Shown: in pieces, positions 13,801 to 26,800 of the stretch
Position numbering within the stretch: the stretch's first letter is position 1
Layout of the letters: the number at the start of each line of letters is the position of its first letter
Origin: Tubiluchus corallicola
Lineage: Eukaryota > Animalia > Priapulida
Length of the DNA: 64,000 bases
Assembly: GCA_030141605.1 (NCBI GenBank)
Contig: JAQGDQ010000593.1
Span: 62,001 to 126,000 of the forward strand
Direction: 5' to 3'
Notes under the pieces: generated by a model
Database searches by the model: none
Told to the model about the DNA's origin: nothing
The model's input: only the letters and a program-made list of their open reading frames with translations
Translations under genes and position numbers: made by a program

Positions 13801-14639
13801 CAGTAGCTGAGCTCGCCCGTCGTTAATTAAGACTTTAATCTATTATTTAATTATCAGAAATTATTCAGCGTGTTACTGGTGTTAAAGTGTATACTATTTA
13901 CTGTACTGTACTGGCAACTTTAGTAATATACGAAAATCATTCTGTCTTCCATCAAACAACATTGATTTCTTTTTTCTTCCCTGAATGATTTCAGCTCCTT
14001 TTCAACGAACCAGTTTACATAATTCGCAAGTCTTTGGCTAAGTTTTTCTTTAGTCTAGACGTCTTTTAGAAACTTCAAGAGTAATGCTAAAATAATAACA
14101 AGCAATTAGAGTAATTAGTCATTTTCTAATTAGTCGTCTTTTATATTCGTGGTAAGAAATAGTCACTCGTTACTCCCACTCGAATGACCAGAGTTCTCTT
14201 TGCGAAGAGTAGCTCTCTTGAAGCGCCCCCCAGCGAGGGATGCCATAAACACCACTTGACTCCGGAATTCAAATTACACGCTTCCGAGTTGCTCAAATTC
14301 GGATTTTCGGGACGTCGGCGGTGCCGTGCCGAAAGGTGCCGAACACTTTGTCGGATAAGTAGTTCAAAAACTCATTTGAGCGTCGAATTCTGGTTTGCAG
14401 GAGACGTATGCCGCTCTCTAATGTAAGAATGATGGTGACAAATGATGCAAAACTGAGCAAGACTGCTCAACTTACTGCTCTGTGTAAACTATATATGCGG
14501 GGTGGGTAAATATGTGTGAGTTTCACCTCACACCTGCTCTGTACTTCTCTTAGTTACGTATTAGTATGCTACGTACAGTGACTCACTGTCAACTTATCCC
14601 TGTAATACTCTCCAGTTCAATCTTCTTCAGTTTCTGCTG

Positions 14640-15350
14640 ATGTTAAGATTGTTAATGACCAGAAATATTTGGGTCACATCTTGACCAACACATTAGAAGG
14701 TGATCTTGATATTAAACTTCAACGTGATTTATTATGCACGAGAGTCAATTGTATTATTAGGACGTTGAAAAACTGTTCTGTTCATGTTAAGAGAAAACTT
14801 TTTGTAGCATTTTGTACGAAGTGTTATTGCAATAGTCTCTGGTTTGATCATGATAAAGAAAATATTGAAAGAAAGCGAATTACTTATAATAATTCCACTA
14901 GAGGACTCTTTATTCTTCCTAGTCGCTGTAGTGCACGCCAAATATATGTTGGCTATAATGTACCAAGTTTTTCATGCATACCTAGGAAAGTTGTGTTTAG
15001 TCTCAGAAGTAGGCTAGTTTTGAGTCAGAATACTCTTATTAATAACTTGCTGTACAATACTGATACAATGTACCAAGTTTTTCCTGCATACGTAAGAAGG
15101 CTGTGTTTAGTCTCAGAAGTAGGCTGTTTTTGTGTTAGAACACTGTTATTAATAACTTGCTGTACAATACTGATACAATGTACCAAGTTTTTCCTGCATA
15201 CGTAAGAAGGCTGTGTTTAGTCTCAGAAGTAGGCTGTTTTTGTGTTAGAACACTGTTATTAATAACTTGCTGTACAATACTGATACAATTTTTTAGATCA
15301 GACATTTTTAAGTCGTGGCAAAGAATTTTGTTTACTTATTCTAACTAACC
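14640..15350 (+). mobile_element. LINE 3' fragment (RTE-X-like RT C-terminus) with 119-bp tandem duplication
   Basis: KYLGHILTNTLEGDLDI..NCIIRTLKNCSVHVKRKLFVAFC..YCNSLW resembles the RT thumb region; duplication at 15038-15290. Confidence 0.7.
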
Positions 15351-16359
15351 TTTGAATATAAGCTGACTATGTTTCTGTAAACTAACTCTGTGTTTTTACT
15401 TGTACCTTTCACCAGCTAATTACACAATTATTAAAATTAAAAAAAACTTGAATGTTAAACATTTATGGCGTGGTGGGCAGTATTCCTACCTCGAGATTAA
15501 TAAGATAGACGCCATCTTGAGACCAAGACATAGTATCATTTAATTTCGTCTTCTGTGAAGTGTATTAATGAAGGCTTTGAAATGCTGATTAACTGATTGT
15601 AATATATGGTGTACTTAGATGTAAGTATTTGCGGTGTGGTAATATTTAAGAGACACACAAAATTAACTGTTTGTGATGTACTAGCGCACAATGCTGGAAC
15701 AGAAGCAACCGTTAGTGCTTCACTAGATTTCTTCGTGCTTCAAGGTACGGTAAAGTAAAATGTACACAATTTGCCTACGCTTTTTCATTGTATTTTTTTC
15801 ACAATTTTCCTTTTATAACTTCTTACAGTTATGTTATTTTCAAGTATAAAAAATTAGGGTTTAAAGTTTCTAACTATTTGATATAAAACAATTTAATACT
15901 TTTGGCGGTACTTGCTAACAATTTGTACAAATCTCTTATAAATACGTGAATTCAATTTATCTGCACTTCCTGCATTTTTGAAAATTTCTCAATTTTTACG
16001 GCAACTTTCTCGGAAATATAAAGCCATTTTGTCAACATCGCTTCGGCATTTTTAAACTTTTCATTGAATTGTGTTTTTACGTCATAAAATAAAAAAGCCG
16101 TTCGAGCATTTATACGCACTTCTTCCCTACGTTCTTGTTTATGACGGGGCATGGTAAAATGTAAAATGGAGTCTTGATAATAGTAATAAAGCTATTAGTC
16201 TGTGCAAAAATGTGAACTGTTTAATGGATCTTGGTGCTAAGTTTTGTCTGTTATAATAAGGCGCAGAGACAGAGTTATATAAGTTGCGTATAGTCGGTCT
16301 GCCTCCGTATAGTAGGGCATCTGTCTCGGTTTTATTTCGGATGGTATCAATTCAATTCA

Positions 16360-17450
16360 ACTTTTATTTCAGCATTAAAATTACCATATAATTTACTAAA
16401 AAAAGATAAATTACTGCACATAAACAAACACACAAAATACTAACTGTATAAACCTTTTATTTCAGCATTAAAATTACTGTATAATTTACTAAAAAAAGGT
16501 AAATTACTATACATAAACAAACACACAAAATACTAACTGTATATACCTTTTATTTTAGTATTAAAATTGCCATATAATTAACTTAAAAAGGTAAATTACT
16601 ATGCATAAACAAACACACAAAATACTAACTGTATATACCTTTTATTTCAACATTGAAATTACCATATAATTAACTTAAAAAGATAAATTACTATACATAA
16701 ACAAACACACAAAATACTAACTGTATATACCTTTTAATTTCAGCATTAAAATTACTGTATAATTAACTTAAAAAGGTAAATTACTATACATAAACAAACA
16801 CACAAAATACTAATCGTATTTACCTTTTTATTTCAGCATTAAAATTACAAATTTTACTAAAAAAGATAAATTACTATACATAAACAAACACACAAAATAC
16901 TAACTGTATATACCTTTTATTTCAACATTAAAATTGCCATATAATTTACTAAAAAAGGTAAATTACTATACATAAACAAACACACAAAATACTAATCGTA
17001 TTTACCTTTTTATTTCAGCATTAAAATTAACATATAATTTACTACAAAAAGATAAATTACTATACATAAACAAACACGCAAATACTGATTGTATTTACCG
17101 TTTATTTCAGCATTAAAATTACTGTATAATTTACTAAAAAAGGTAAATTACTACACGTTAACAAACATACAAAATACTAACTGTATTTACCTTTTATTTC
17201 AACATTAAAATTACTGTATAATTTACTAAAAAAGATAAATTACTATACATAAACAAACACACAAAATACTGATTGTATTTACCTTTTATTTCAGCGTTAA
17301 AATTACCATATAATTAACTTAAAAAGGTAAATTACTATGCATAAGCAAACACACAAAATACTGATTGTATTTATCTTTTATTTCAGCATTAAAATTACTG
17401 TATATATTTACTAAAAAAGATAAATTACTATACATAAACAAACACAAAAA
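16360..17450. repeat. about 92-bp tandem repeat, about 12 copies
   Basis: Unit cttttatttcagcattaaaattac..taaattactatacataaacaaacacacaaaatactaactgtat. Confidence 0.92.
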
Positions 17451-17705
17451 ATCACCCGCTTCAATTTGCTGATGTTATGTCGAATATGATACCATGTAAA
17501 CAATATAATTCAACGTTGTTTAAACGTGTTTCAAGCACTTGTGTTTTAGCAAAACGTTGTCTGAATTGCTTAATAACACTCGAATAAATAAGCATAATTT
17601 CTTGTTTTGTCAAACCTTGCAGTTTTCTATACACTGTGCTAGTCTTGTTGGCATTATTTTAACACTTGAAATTTAATTCTCATTTTATTTTGCTTTTTGT
17701 TAAAG

Positions 17706-17832
17706 TGAGAAGAAAAAAAGAGCTTGGTCGAGACTCCGCTCTCTGCTGTCCAGTCTGTGGCGTCACCGTGCGACCGGGAGAACTTGAGAGCCATCTGTTG
17801 AGCGAATTAGATAAACTTAACAAAATTGCCAG
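17706..17832 (+). CDS. RNF220: RNF220 exon (first Zn-finger-like CCPVCGVTVRPGELESHL)
   Basis: tttttgttaaag acceptor, ag|gtacgt donor; resembles the RNF220 CPICQVLLRPSELQEH region. Confidence 0.9.
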
Positions 17833-20800
17833 GTACGTTTCATTTGCTTGTATGTTCCTTCCGCGTTTGTTCCTCGCTCAATTGCTCGTTTCTTTTTGTT
17901 TGTTTCTCGCTCGATTGTTCGTTTGTTTGTTTGTTTGTTTGTCTGTTTGTTCTACACTCGATTGATTGTTTGTTTTTGTTTGTTTGTCTGGTTGTTTGTC
18001 TGTTTATTGCTTTTCTATTCATTTATTTGTGCATTCTTGTTTTTCACCAATTCGTTTATTCACTTTTCTATTGCTTAATTACTCTAATTAATCAATGTCT
18101 GTGCCAAACATATAGCATAAATGTTCTGTATAAATTTTAATTCCTAACTTTTAATAGATTTAATTATTTTTGGTCTTTTGATCTTGCAAAATGCTAGTGT
18201 TTGCATGTAAATGTTAGTGTAAAATTTCTAATGTACAAGTTAGTGTGTATTTTTAAATAATTAATTTTAATAATTATTTTATTAAAATGTGCGTTCATCC
18301 CTGAAGCAGTATCACACTCCTATCTTTCCAATTTTGTTGCTTTAAAATTTTTAATCTAAAAAATATGTTCACTTGTTTTTGAAAAAATGTTTTTTTCCAG
18401 AAGAGGGATAAAGAGTCGAGATTGTACACCGCAGGGTAAAAAGGTTAGTACTCATTTTTTTCCATAATACCTTGTAGGTAAGATGCAGCGGCAAAGATGA
18501 CGTTCGTAAGATTGTCAATATGCTGCTTCAAATGGGAAATTGCTGTTCTTTAAAGTGCTAAGCTCCATCACTGGTCATTCATATCTGGTGTGTTCAAGTC
18601 GATTGACAATTGTGTTCATTGTTAATAAGCCTGTTGTGATGATCGTGAGAAGGTCAAAGGTCAAGTATACCAGATAACGTATTTGTATACACTTGACAAC
18701 GCCTCGCAGCCCATGCTGTTGTAATTGTAACAGTTTTAACAGCTAGATGGAACCTTACCTAGTTCATTTTTCCTTTTTTCCTAGCAAGATCCTGCTAGTA
18801 AATCACACAAACTGATACATACCTAGGTAATTGAAGTTACTGAACTCATGCAGCAGATGACTTTGCTGTACCCACGTCACGTGACGGTTGTAGTTAAGAT
18901 GTGTTTGCTGTGGTACACTTAACCTTTGACTTACATCATTTCATTTAAAAGATAAAAATGTGTACAAATTTTCCAAATAATTTTTGCATGTCTATCTTTG
19001 ACTTTAGAATGTTTTTCTTTGTAATTCAAGGAAAACTGCATGATTTTTTGGACTCATTTTAATTTATGTCCAAAATATACATTTTCTTCACTATAAAAGT
19101 TACCAATTGCTTCTAATATATGAATATTTACCCTGGAAAGTTAATTAACAGCAACCAAACACATCTATTGCTTACATCACAAACTAACCACAGTTTGTGC
19201 AATGGTAGGCATCTTTCCTGCGCATCAAACACGTTTGCATAAGTAAAGATTTCTATAAGACTCAGATGTGATGAGCTCTACATCACAAACGAACACTGCA
19301 GTTCATGATCATGCTTGTCACGGTAGAGCGTCTATTTGTCGGCCACACAAAAAGGAGCCGTTGCCAATCTTAGTGGATTCACTGAGTCGCTTGTAGCTTT
19401 GAAAGCTTACCAAAATTTATCCTTCCGATGTAAAATAATTAATCTGATCTTTGATTTAAAAAACCTGCTGTAGCTTTCAATATTTTAGAGCATACTTTAT
19501 TTTGAACTAATGTTTGCACAATTGTCCAGTTTTCCTTTAACATACATATAATAAATGTTTATCATTAAAGTACAAGTATACATATAATAAATGTTTAACA
19601 TTAAAGTACAAGTATACATATAATAAATGCATAACATTAAAGTACAAGTGTAAGACACTAAACATTTTGCTAATAAACGATGATTTTATTTGTTCACAAG
19701 TTCGGCCCCTGCGTTTATGTAAACCAACTAAAGACAGTCTCTCCTCGTTATTATGAAAGTTCTCAAGCTCACAGATTTTTTTATTATACACTTATATAAA
19801 CACAGTAAAAGGAAATCAGACAGTTTGTTAACATCTAATGTATTTGTACACCTGCCAGACACTAACAATCCCCCCTTTCGCACACACACACACACACTCC
19901 ACGTTTCCACGTTGACATATTTATCACGGATGATACAACGTTCACAGACAGACGTGGAGAAAAATTCGAATTCGAAATAATTTGTTGGCGACAGCGCACG
20001 TAATTTTGCTGTTGTTTGTTTGCGCGTGGCGTTCTCGAATCGGGAGTTTATAATTAATTTTTAAACTGTGGTTTGTTGACAACAACTATTGACAAAAATA
20101 AAAAAATAACCATTCAGAAAATTTCTCCAAGAAATTTATTAATAGTGTTCAGCTATTTCATCAAAATTTAATTAAATTGAACTGTCAGTCAATAATTGGC
20201 ATATTAAAACTCCTGTCACTGAGTTTTGGAACTACATAATAGATCATTTGTCTTTCCTTTCAAAGAATTTGTTCACAATTCACAGTTCCTGCGATTGATG
20301 ATGATCGTGAATAGGTCAAAGGTTAAGTGTTCCAGACAACATATTTGTGTACACTCAACAACGCCTCGCAACCCATGCTATTGTAATAGTAACAGTTTTA
20401 ACAGCTAGCTATAACATTACCTAGTTCATTTTTTCTTGTTCCCAAGCAAGATCCTGCTAGTAAATCTTTCTACTCACAGACCAATGCATAATTCAGTAAA
20501 GTCCACGTAAAACAACTGGTGTTGCTGTACTCAGACAGCTGACGGCTTTGCTTTACACACATATTACGTGAAATCAGGATTAATGTCATTTTACGTATGC
20601 CTTAAAAATACTAGTCTTAGTATATTCATTTTTTGGGCTTCTTATCTGTGGAATTGTTTGCCAGGACATTATCGTTAATAGCATCTTTCCCTGCTCAAAC
20701 AGAAATTCTGTTAGTAACTAATTAGCTGAGAGAGTTTTTTCTATATTTTTGTAATTTTATTTTTCAATAGTAACTTCCATGTCCACTATGATTTATAAAA

Positions 20801-23800
20801 AATGATGAAAAAATGCAACTTACAAAGATCCGTATGGATTTTTTTTTAGACCCCATCAACGACACTTTCCGGCACGAGCAAGAAAGGGAAGGAATCGTCG
20901 GAGCAGGCGGAGGCGAGCAACCCGGAAACAAGATACGAGAATTTCTTGAAGATAAAGGCGAATAGGCAATCACGATTGAACGGTACGTAGCCAATTTCTG
21001 AGACTTTTTCTGGCTCTGCGAACAAGCGTGTATTATGGACGTAAATTATTACTGTTGAAATTTTCAATATTTTAGAGCATACTTTATTTTGAACTAATGT
21101 CTAGACAATCGTCCGGTTTTTCTTTAATGCTGTGTTAAAAAAACAGTACTACAGCTCTTATTGTACAAACAAACAATTTCTACGAACAAGTATGAAAAAC
21201 CAATTACTGGTCCGAAGCTGTTCTTTGTTTATTATTATTAATTCTTTATTTGTCATTAAAATGGTTCACTCGTTATAATAAAATTAAGTAAGCCTCAGCG
21301 TAATGTTAACAACACTATTCAAGACAAATGATAACAACACTGTTCAAGACAAATGCGTCCAGTCCAGACTAAAAAAAACTAAAGTGCAAAACTAAGGTCT
21401 AATTATATACAATAAATGAACATATTTACAAACACCATATTAAAATATATTTACAGAACAATATTACAAAAGTACATTAAATTTTACATGACATATTTTA
21501 CACTATACGTACATTTGACATGACACAATTAACAGAAACATGCTTTACATTACATAAATTTCACTCATTACATTTACACTATTTATACATTTGACATTAA
21601 AAAACTAACATAACATGGGCAGAAGAAAATCATTTTAATTACTCTAAATTAAAATTTATGTTGTATTGTTATCATACTTTTTGAGTTTTGGATAGTGCTG
21701 CCACCTGCAGGTGTTCTTGTTAAAATTGTCAAATCTTCCTCTTTACTGTTTAAATTTTCATTGGCTTCTACAGTGTTTATGAATACATAATCTCTAAACC
21801 TGTTTTCACACCTAAATGATTTCACCTGTAGTTTTGGTCACTTGATTTTCTGCTTTTCAACATGGACACTACTTTACTGTTTATGTAGACATTTCAGAAT
21901 AAAATCTTAAAACTAAATTTCAAGTTTTTTGGTTTCTTCAAACCATAACACATATTACATTACATAATTTTTTACCATTAAACACTTCATTGATAAACTT
22001 CATGTTGTGAAGGAACTTTTCACTTTCAGCTAAAGCAGGTAAGAACAAGAAGCGGAGAGCCGGAGACGCAGCAATGTGTCCGATCTGCAATGGAAAGATC
22101 ATCGGTTGTCCAGACGAGCTTAATGACCACGTGAACAGGTGTCTGAGGAAGGTGCGTAACAGTGACCACTACAAATTTATGCAAATATGTATTATTGGCG
22201 CGCATTATTAGATTAGTTCAGTTCACGCTTGATTACTTTGACTCTGTAAAATCATTGGATAATAGCCACTGAAGTCGGGATTTGACGAAGCCCAGGTTTT
22301 GTTACGACAGTCGAAAAGAGCAACATTCACCAGAAAACTTGTTTTGTTGCAAATGAATCGTGCAAAGTTTTTATGACTGAAATGATTCTAGAGCAAATAG
22401 GAATGATATTTTCTGTGAAACAGTAATTATATTTAAAATCAGGAGTGGAGAAAGAGTTAAATAAGATTGGAAGGAGTTTAAGATTTGCCACACAATTTAA
22501 ATACCCTAACCTCAAATTAACCAAAATTTAACCCTAAATCTTAATCCTAACCTTAACCCACAACCCACGTTTAACCCTAAACTCTAATCCTGACCCTAAC
22601 CCTAATCCTGACCATACTCTAATCGTAATCATAATCCTAACCCGCTGCTAACCCTAATCCTAACCCTAAACCTTAATCCTGACCATAACCCCAATCCTAA
22701 TCCTATTCCTAACCCGCTGCTAACCCTAACCCTAGCCCAAATTTAACCCTAAACCTTAATCTTAACCGAATCCTAACCCTAATCCTAATGCTAACCCTAA
22801 TCTTGACCCAATCCTAACCCTAACTCTAACCCAAATTTAATCCTAAACCTTAATGTTAACCCTAATCCCATCCATACCCTAACCGTAATCATAATCCTAA
22901 TCTGCTTTACAAACTAATTTGTTGACTGTGTGAATTGTAAACTTTGACCTATTTTAGCAAATATGTTCCCACCTTTCAATTCAACTAATTGCCATTTCTT
23001 AAATTATATAACAACAGTTATGAACTCGCACATATCTTTACAATATTTCTGAGTCTGCACTTGAGACAGTTTCTGAAAATGTTTCGCCACATTTTACCTG
23101 ATAATTTTGCCAATTTTTGCAGAGGACGATGGACAGCGATGAAGACGAAGCCGTGGACGTAGAGGGGGAGGGTTTCGAAGAGTATGAGTGGGCGGGGCAA
23201 ACAAGAATCCGAGCCACGTCGTTGATAGATGGTAGATTACGCGGTGAGTAATCACGGCCATTCTCTAATAAGTTCTGGACAATGTCCAGCAAAAACTGAC
23301 CGTCTATGCGACATGTTTCCACAGGTAAATTTGGACGAAGTTTTAGAAATGTAAACGTTTAGTGTTTGATGGACATAGTTGCAAAACACCGTGAGTGATT
23401 AGCAAAAACTTAATTAGTAAATAGATGAAAGTTAATTAGAGATCTGTCACCATAATATAAACAGTTTATAAATAAGACTTCTGTTAGCATGAAATGACCT
23501 TAATTTATCCTTGATTGATCCGTTGGTTTTTCCTGGAACTCTGTACAGCAGACAGTTCTCTTGGGCTACAGCAAGCAGGCGATCAATAAAATAGTGCCTA
23601 CGATCACGCAAGTTTACACCAGACTCAGCTACTCAATAGGCTAAGTTGCAATGTCGGAAAATCTGGTGTTTTTCTTAATTTTATCCAATTAAATTATTTT
23701 AATGTTGACACAAATAGTGTGATTGAATAACCGAGATTCTCCTGAATAGAACAGTATCTAACTTGTAATCATTTTCCTGGAACTCTGTACAGTAGACAGT

Positions 23801-26800
23801 TCTCTTGGGCTGTAGCAAGCAGGCGATCAATAAAATAGTGTGTATGATCACGTAAGTGTAGACCAGACTAAGGTAATCAATAAGCTAAGTTCGAGTGCCT
23901 GAAAAGAGAGTGTTTTTCTTAATGTTATCTAATTAAATCACTTGTAAATGTTTAAATAAATGGCATGATTGCATAACAAAGATTGAGTAAGCTGCTCAAG
24001 TTGGCATGTCGGACAGTGGGGTGTTTTTTGTAATTTTATCCAATTAAATCATTTTAACGTTTACACAAATAGCATGATTGAATAACTGAGATTCTCCTGA
24101 ATAGAACAGTACCTAGTTTGTAATCATTTAGTTATGTCTGTGCTCATACAGTAGCAGAAAAGTCACTGGTCTTATAAGACTTATTTTGAATGGTGCGGTC
24201 CTGAAAGAGTTGAAAAGATTAGTACCTGTGTAGTAATGACCGGTGTGAGTTCCTTGTATTCAACGTTCACCAGTTTAGCTGGTGGGTAAAGGTCTGTAAA
24301 TGGATGGGTGACAGGAAACTAATAAAATTTAGTTGTGTCTGTGCTCATACAGTAGCAGAAAAGTCACTGGTCTTATAAGACTTATTTTGAATGGTGCGGT
24401 CCTGAAGGAGTTAATCTTTGTTTGTTTAGTTACTTACAAACCAAGACCTTCTCTGTCGACTTAAAACCAACTTCTTTTCTGTCTTTAGATCTCGGCTTTC
24501 AAGCTTGCCATCGAGCCTCTGAGGCCGAAACTGAACAAGATTTAAATGTTGATGGCGACGACAACGACACGTTTGGCAAGCCGCAGTATACGGAAGCGGA
24601 CATCATACCGTGTACCGTAGACGAACCGATGGAAGCAGAAGCTCAACAGGCTTTACGAGGAGCAATGATTGGGTAAGTCAGTTAGTCAGTCAGTCGATGT
24701 AGCGTTGCCAAGATTATTCAAAAATTGATAAGCAGCTAAGCGTAATCGTAGATTTCTTGCTAAATCTTTCTCTATTTTTCAGGGAGGAAGCGTCAAGATC
24801 TCCCAGCCATCCAGAAAGAAACAGGTGGTCTTCTGAAGGTATAGCTTCATTACTAGCATCATTACCTTTCTTACGGAAGACTTAGACACGACAAACGCAT
24901 GCAATTTCATATTCTTTTTAATTACTCAGTGCTTTACTAAACAAATTTTCAGCTACAGTAAACTCTGTACCACTCGAACGCGTCGGGAATCAGTAAATTT
25001 GTTTGAGTTACGCGAGGGTATGAGTTAGACAATGTTTGTAAAAAAACAAGATTGAGTCGCTCATCACGAGTTAGACAATGTTTGTAAAAAAACAAGATTG
25101 AGTTGCTCATCAACCTCAGGCAGTAGACTAGTAATACTGCAGCCTGTGAAAATGACAAACTGAGCCTTTAATCAAATATCAAACAACAGTTCTAAACAAT
25201 AACCATATACAGTCAACCTCGGATATCAGGGACACTTCCGTATCGGAAAAAATCGTCCCTTATAGCCGAAGTCGAGTCAGACCGAGGGTATATCTAGACC
25301 TGTACTTTTACCCATGTTTTTATGGATTATTGCTACACATTCAGTGCAAACGGTATGTAGGAAGCTCCTTCAGTGATGAGAGATGTATGTGACCGTGGAA
25401 ACCGAGCTGTTCGAAGGCCGAGTTTGCGAGAAATTTAGGTTAAAAATCAATCAATTTCGTTTGAGCAAAACTTCCTTTTTTTATATTTTCATCTAGTTCC
25501 TCACATCATTACCGCCACAAGATCCGACCGTAGTCCAATGGAATACAGTCTGGCCCACGCGGGGTCTCGGCATAGGCTTTTTAGGATGTAAAAAATATTT
25601 GATCATAGGATCCCTTATATGCGACATAATTTACCTGGGTTTCTATTATGCGGGACCTGAAGATATCGTCCCTTATAACCGATAGTCCCTTATATCCAAG
25701 TACCTTATATACGAAGGTTTTTATAAGGAAAACCTTACAAAAAATTGGGACTGGTGTAAGTGGTCCCTTATAAGCGAATGTTCCTTATAACCGAAAGTCC
25801 CTTGTATCCAGTTACCTTGCATCCGAAGATTTTTACATAGGAATAACGTTACGAAAAATCAGAACCAGTGTTGGTGGTTGTCCCTTATATGAGTGTCCCT
25901 TATAAACCAGTCCCTTATACCCGAGGTTGACTGTAGTAAAGAGTAACAGGAATAATTGAGTGATTACAGTAGGGTGTTGAGCAACTGAAGTCGGGTTATT
26001 ATATCCCAACTAAATTGTAAAGATAATAACGAGATGTGACCATTAAATGAAGAAAAGTACAGGTATTTAATCATATGCTTGTATTTTAAACTTGAATTTC
26101 ACTTTTTTTACAGATTCTTCGTCTTTACCTTCGACGTCGGGAGCCGGTTCAGCTGAAACGAATAAAAACGAGTTAGTACATGTTGACGCTTTTACCGATC
26201 AATGTATTTTGAGCGGTGATGTCATCGATACGGAAATAAAACTGAGCTGAATCGAAATTTGTGAAACATACAAAACTGATACTGAAACGAAACCAAACCA
26301 AAGTCATTTTTGCAAAACTAACTACTATCAAAAGTGAAAAAATTCTGAAATAATTAGAGCAGTTTACTAGTATTTGCTTGGCAAAAAATCCTAACCGAAA
26401 AAAGCTACGACAATGTTTATGGTTAAAGATCAAGAAACTTTAAAAAATTGATAAAATTTTATTTTGTGAATATTTGGCTGCTCACATAAAATAAATTATA
26501 AAATAAAACTTGGTTTTATTCAAATTACGCTTTAATATTTGGGTTGGTTGTGTCTGGAGACCTTAAAGCTTCACAGTCGTCAGCACTGAAGATATGCCAC
26601 ATTGCTGTAAAATACGTGCTATAAGATTATCTCTTGTGGTTGATTATCTCTTGTGGTTAAAATCTCATAATAGTCAACAACAGTGTGAACTTCTTTATTG
26701 TTTTTGCAAATAGTAATAAAGATATCTGTTTTGCTATCTTGAATATCAAATGCTTGTTTACATACCAGTGTTCATACGGTCAACGAAAATCCTGGAAAAT

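Noticed and set aside
22030-22044. Internal CAG|GTAAGA donor giving a 9-nt RNF220 micro-exon
   Set aside because: It would be out of phase with the next exon and would remove a conserved zinc finger; no evidence without RNA data.
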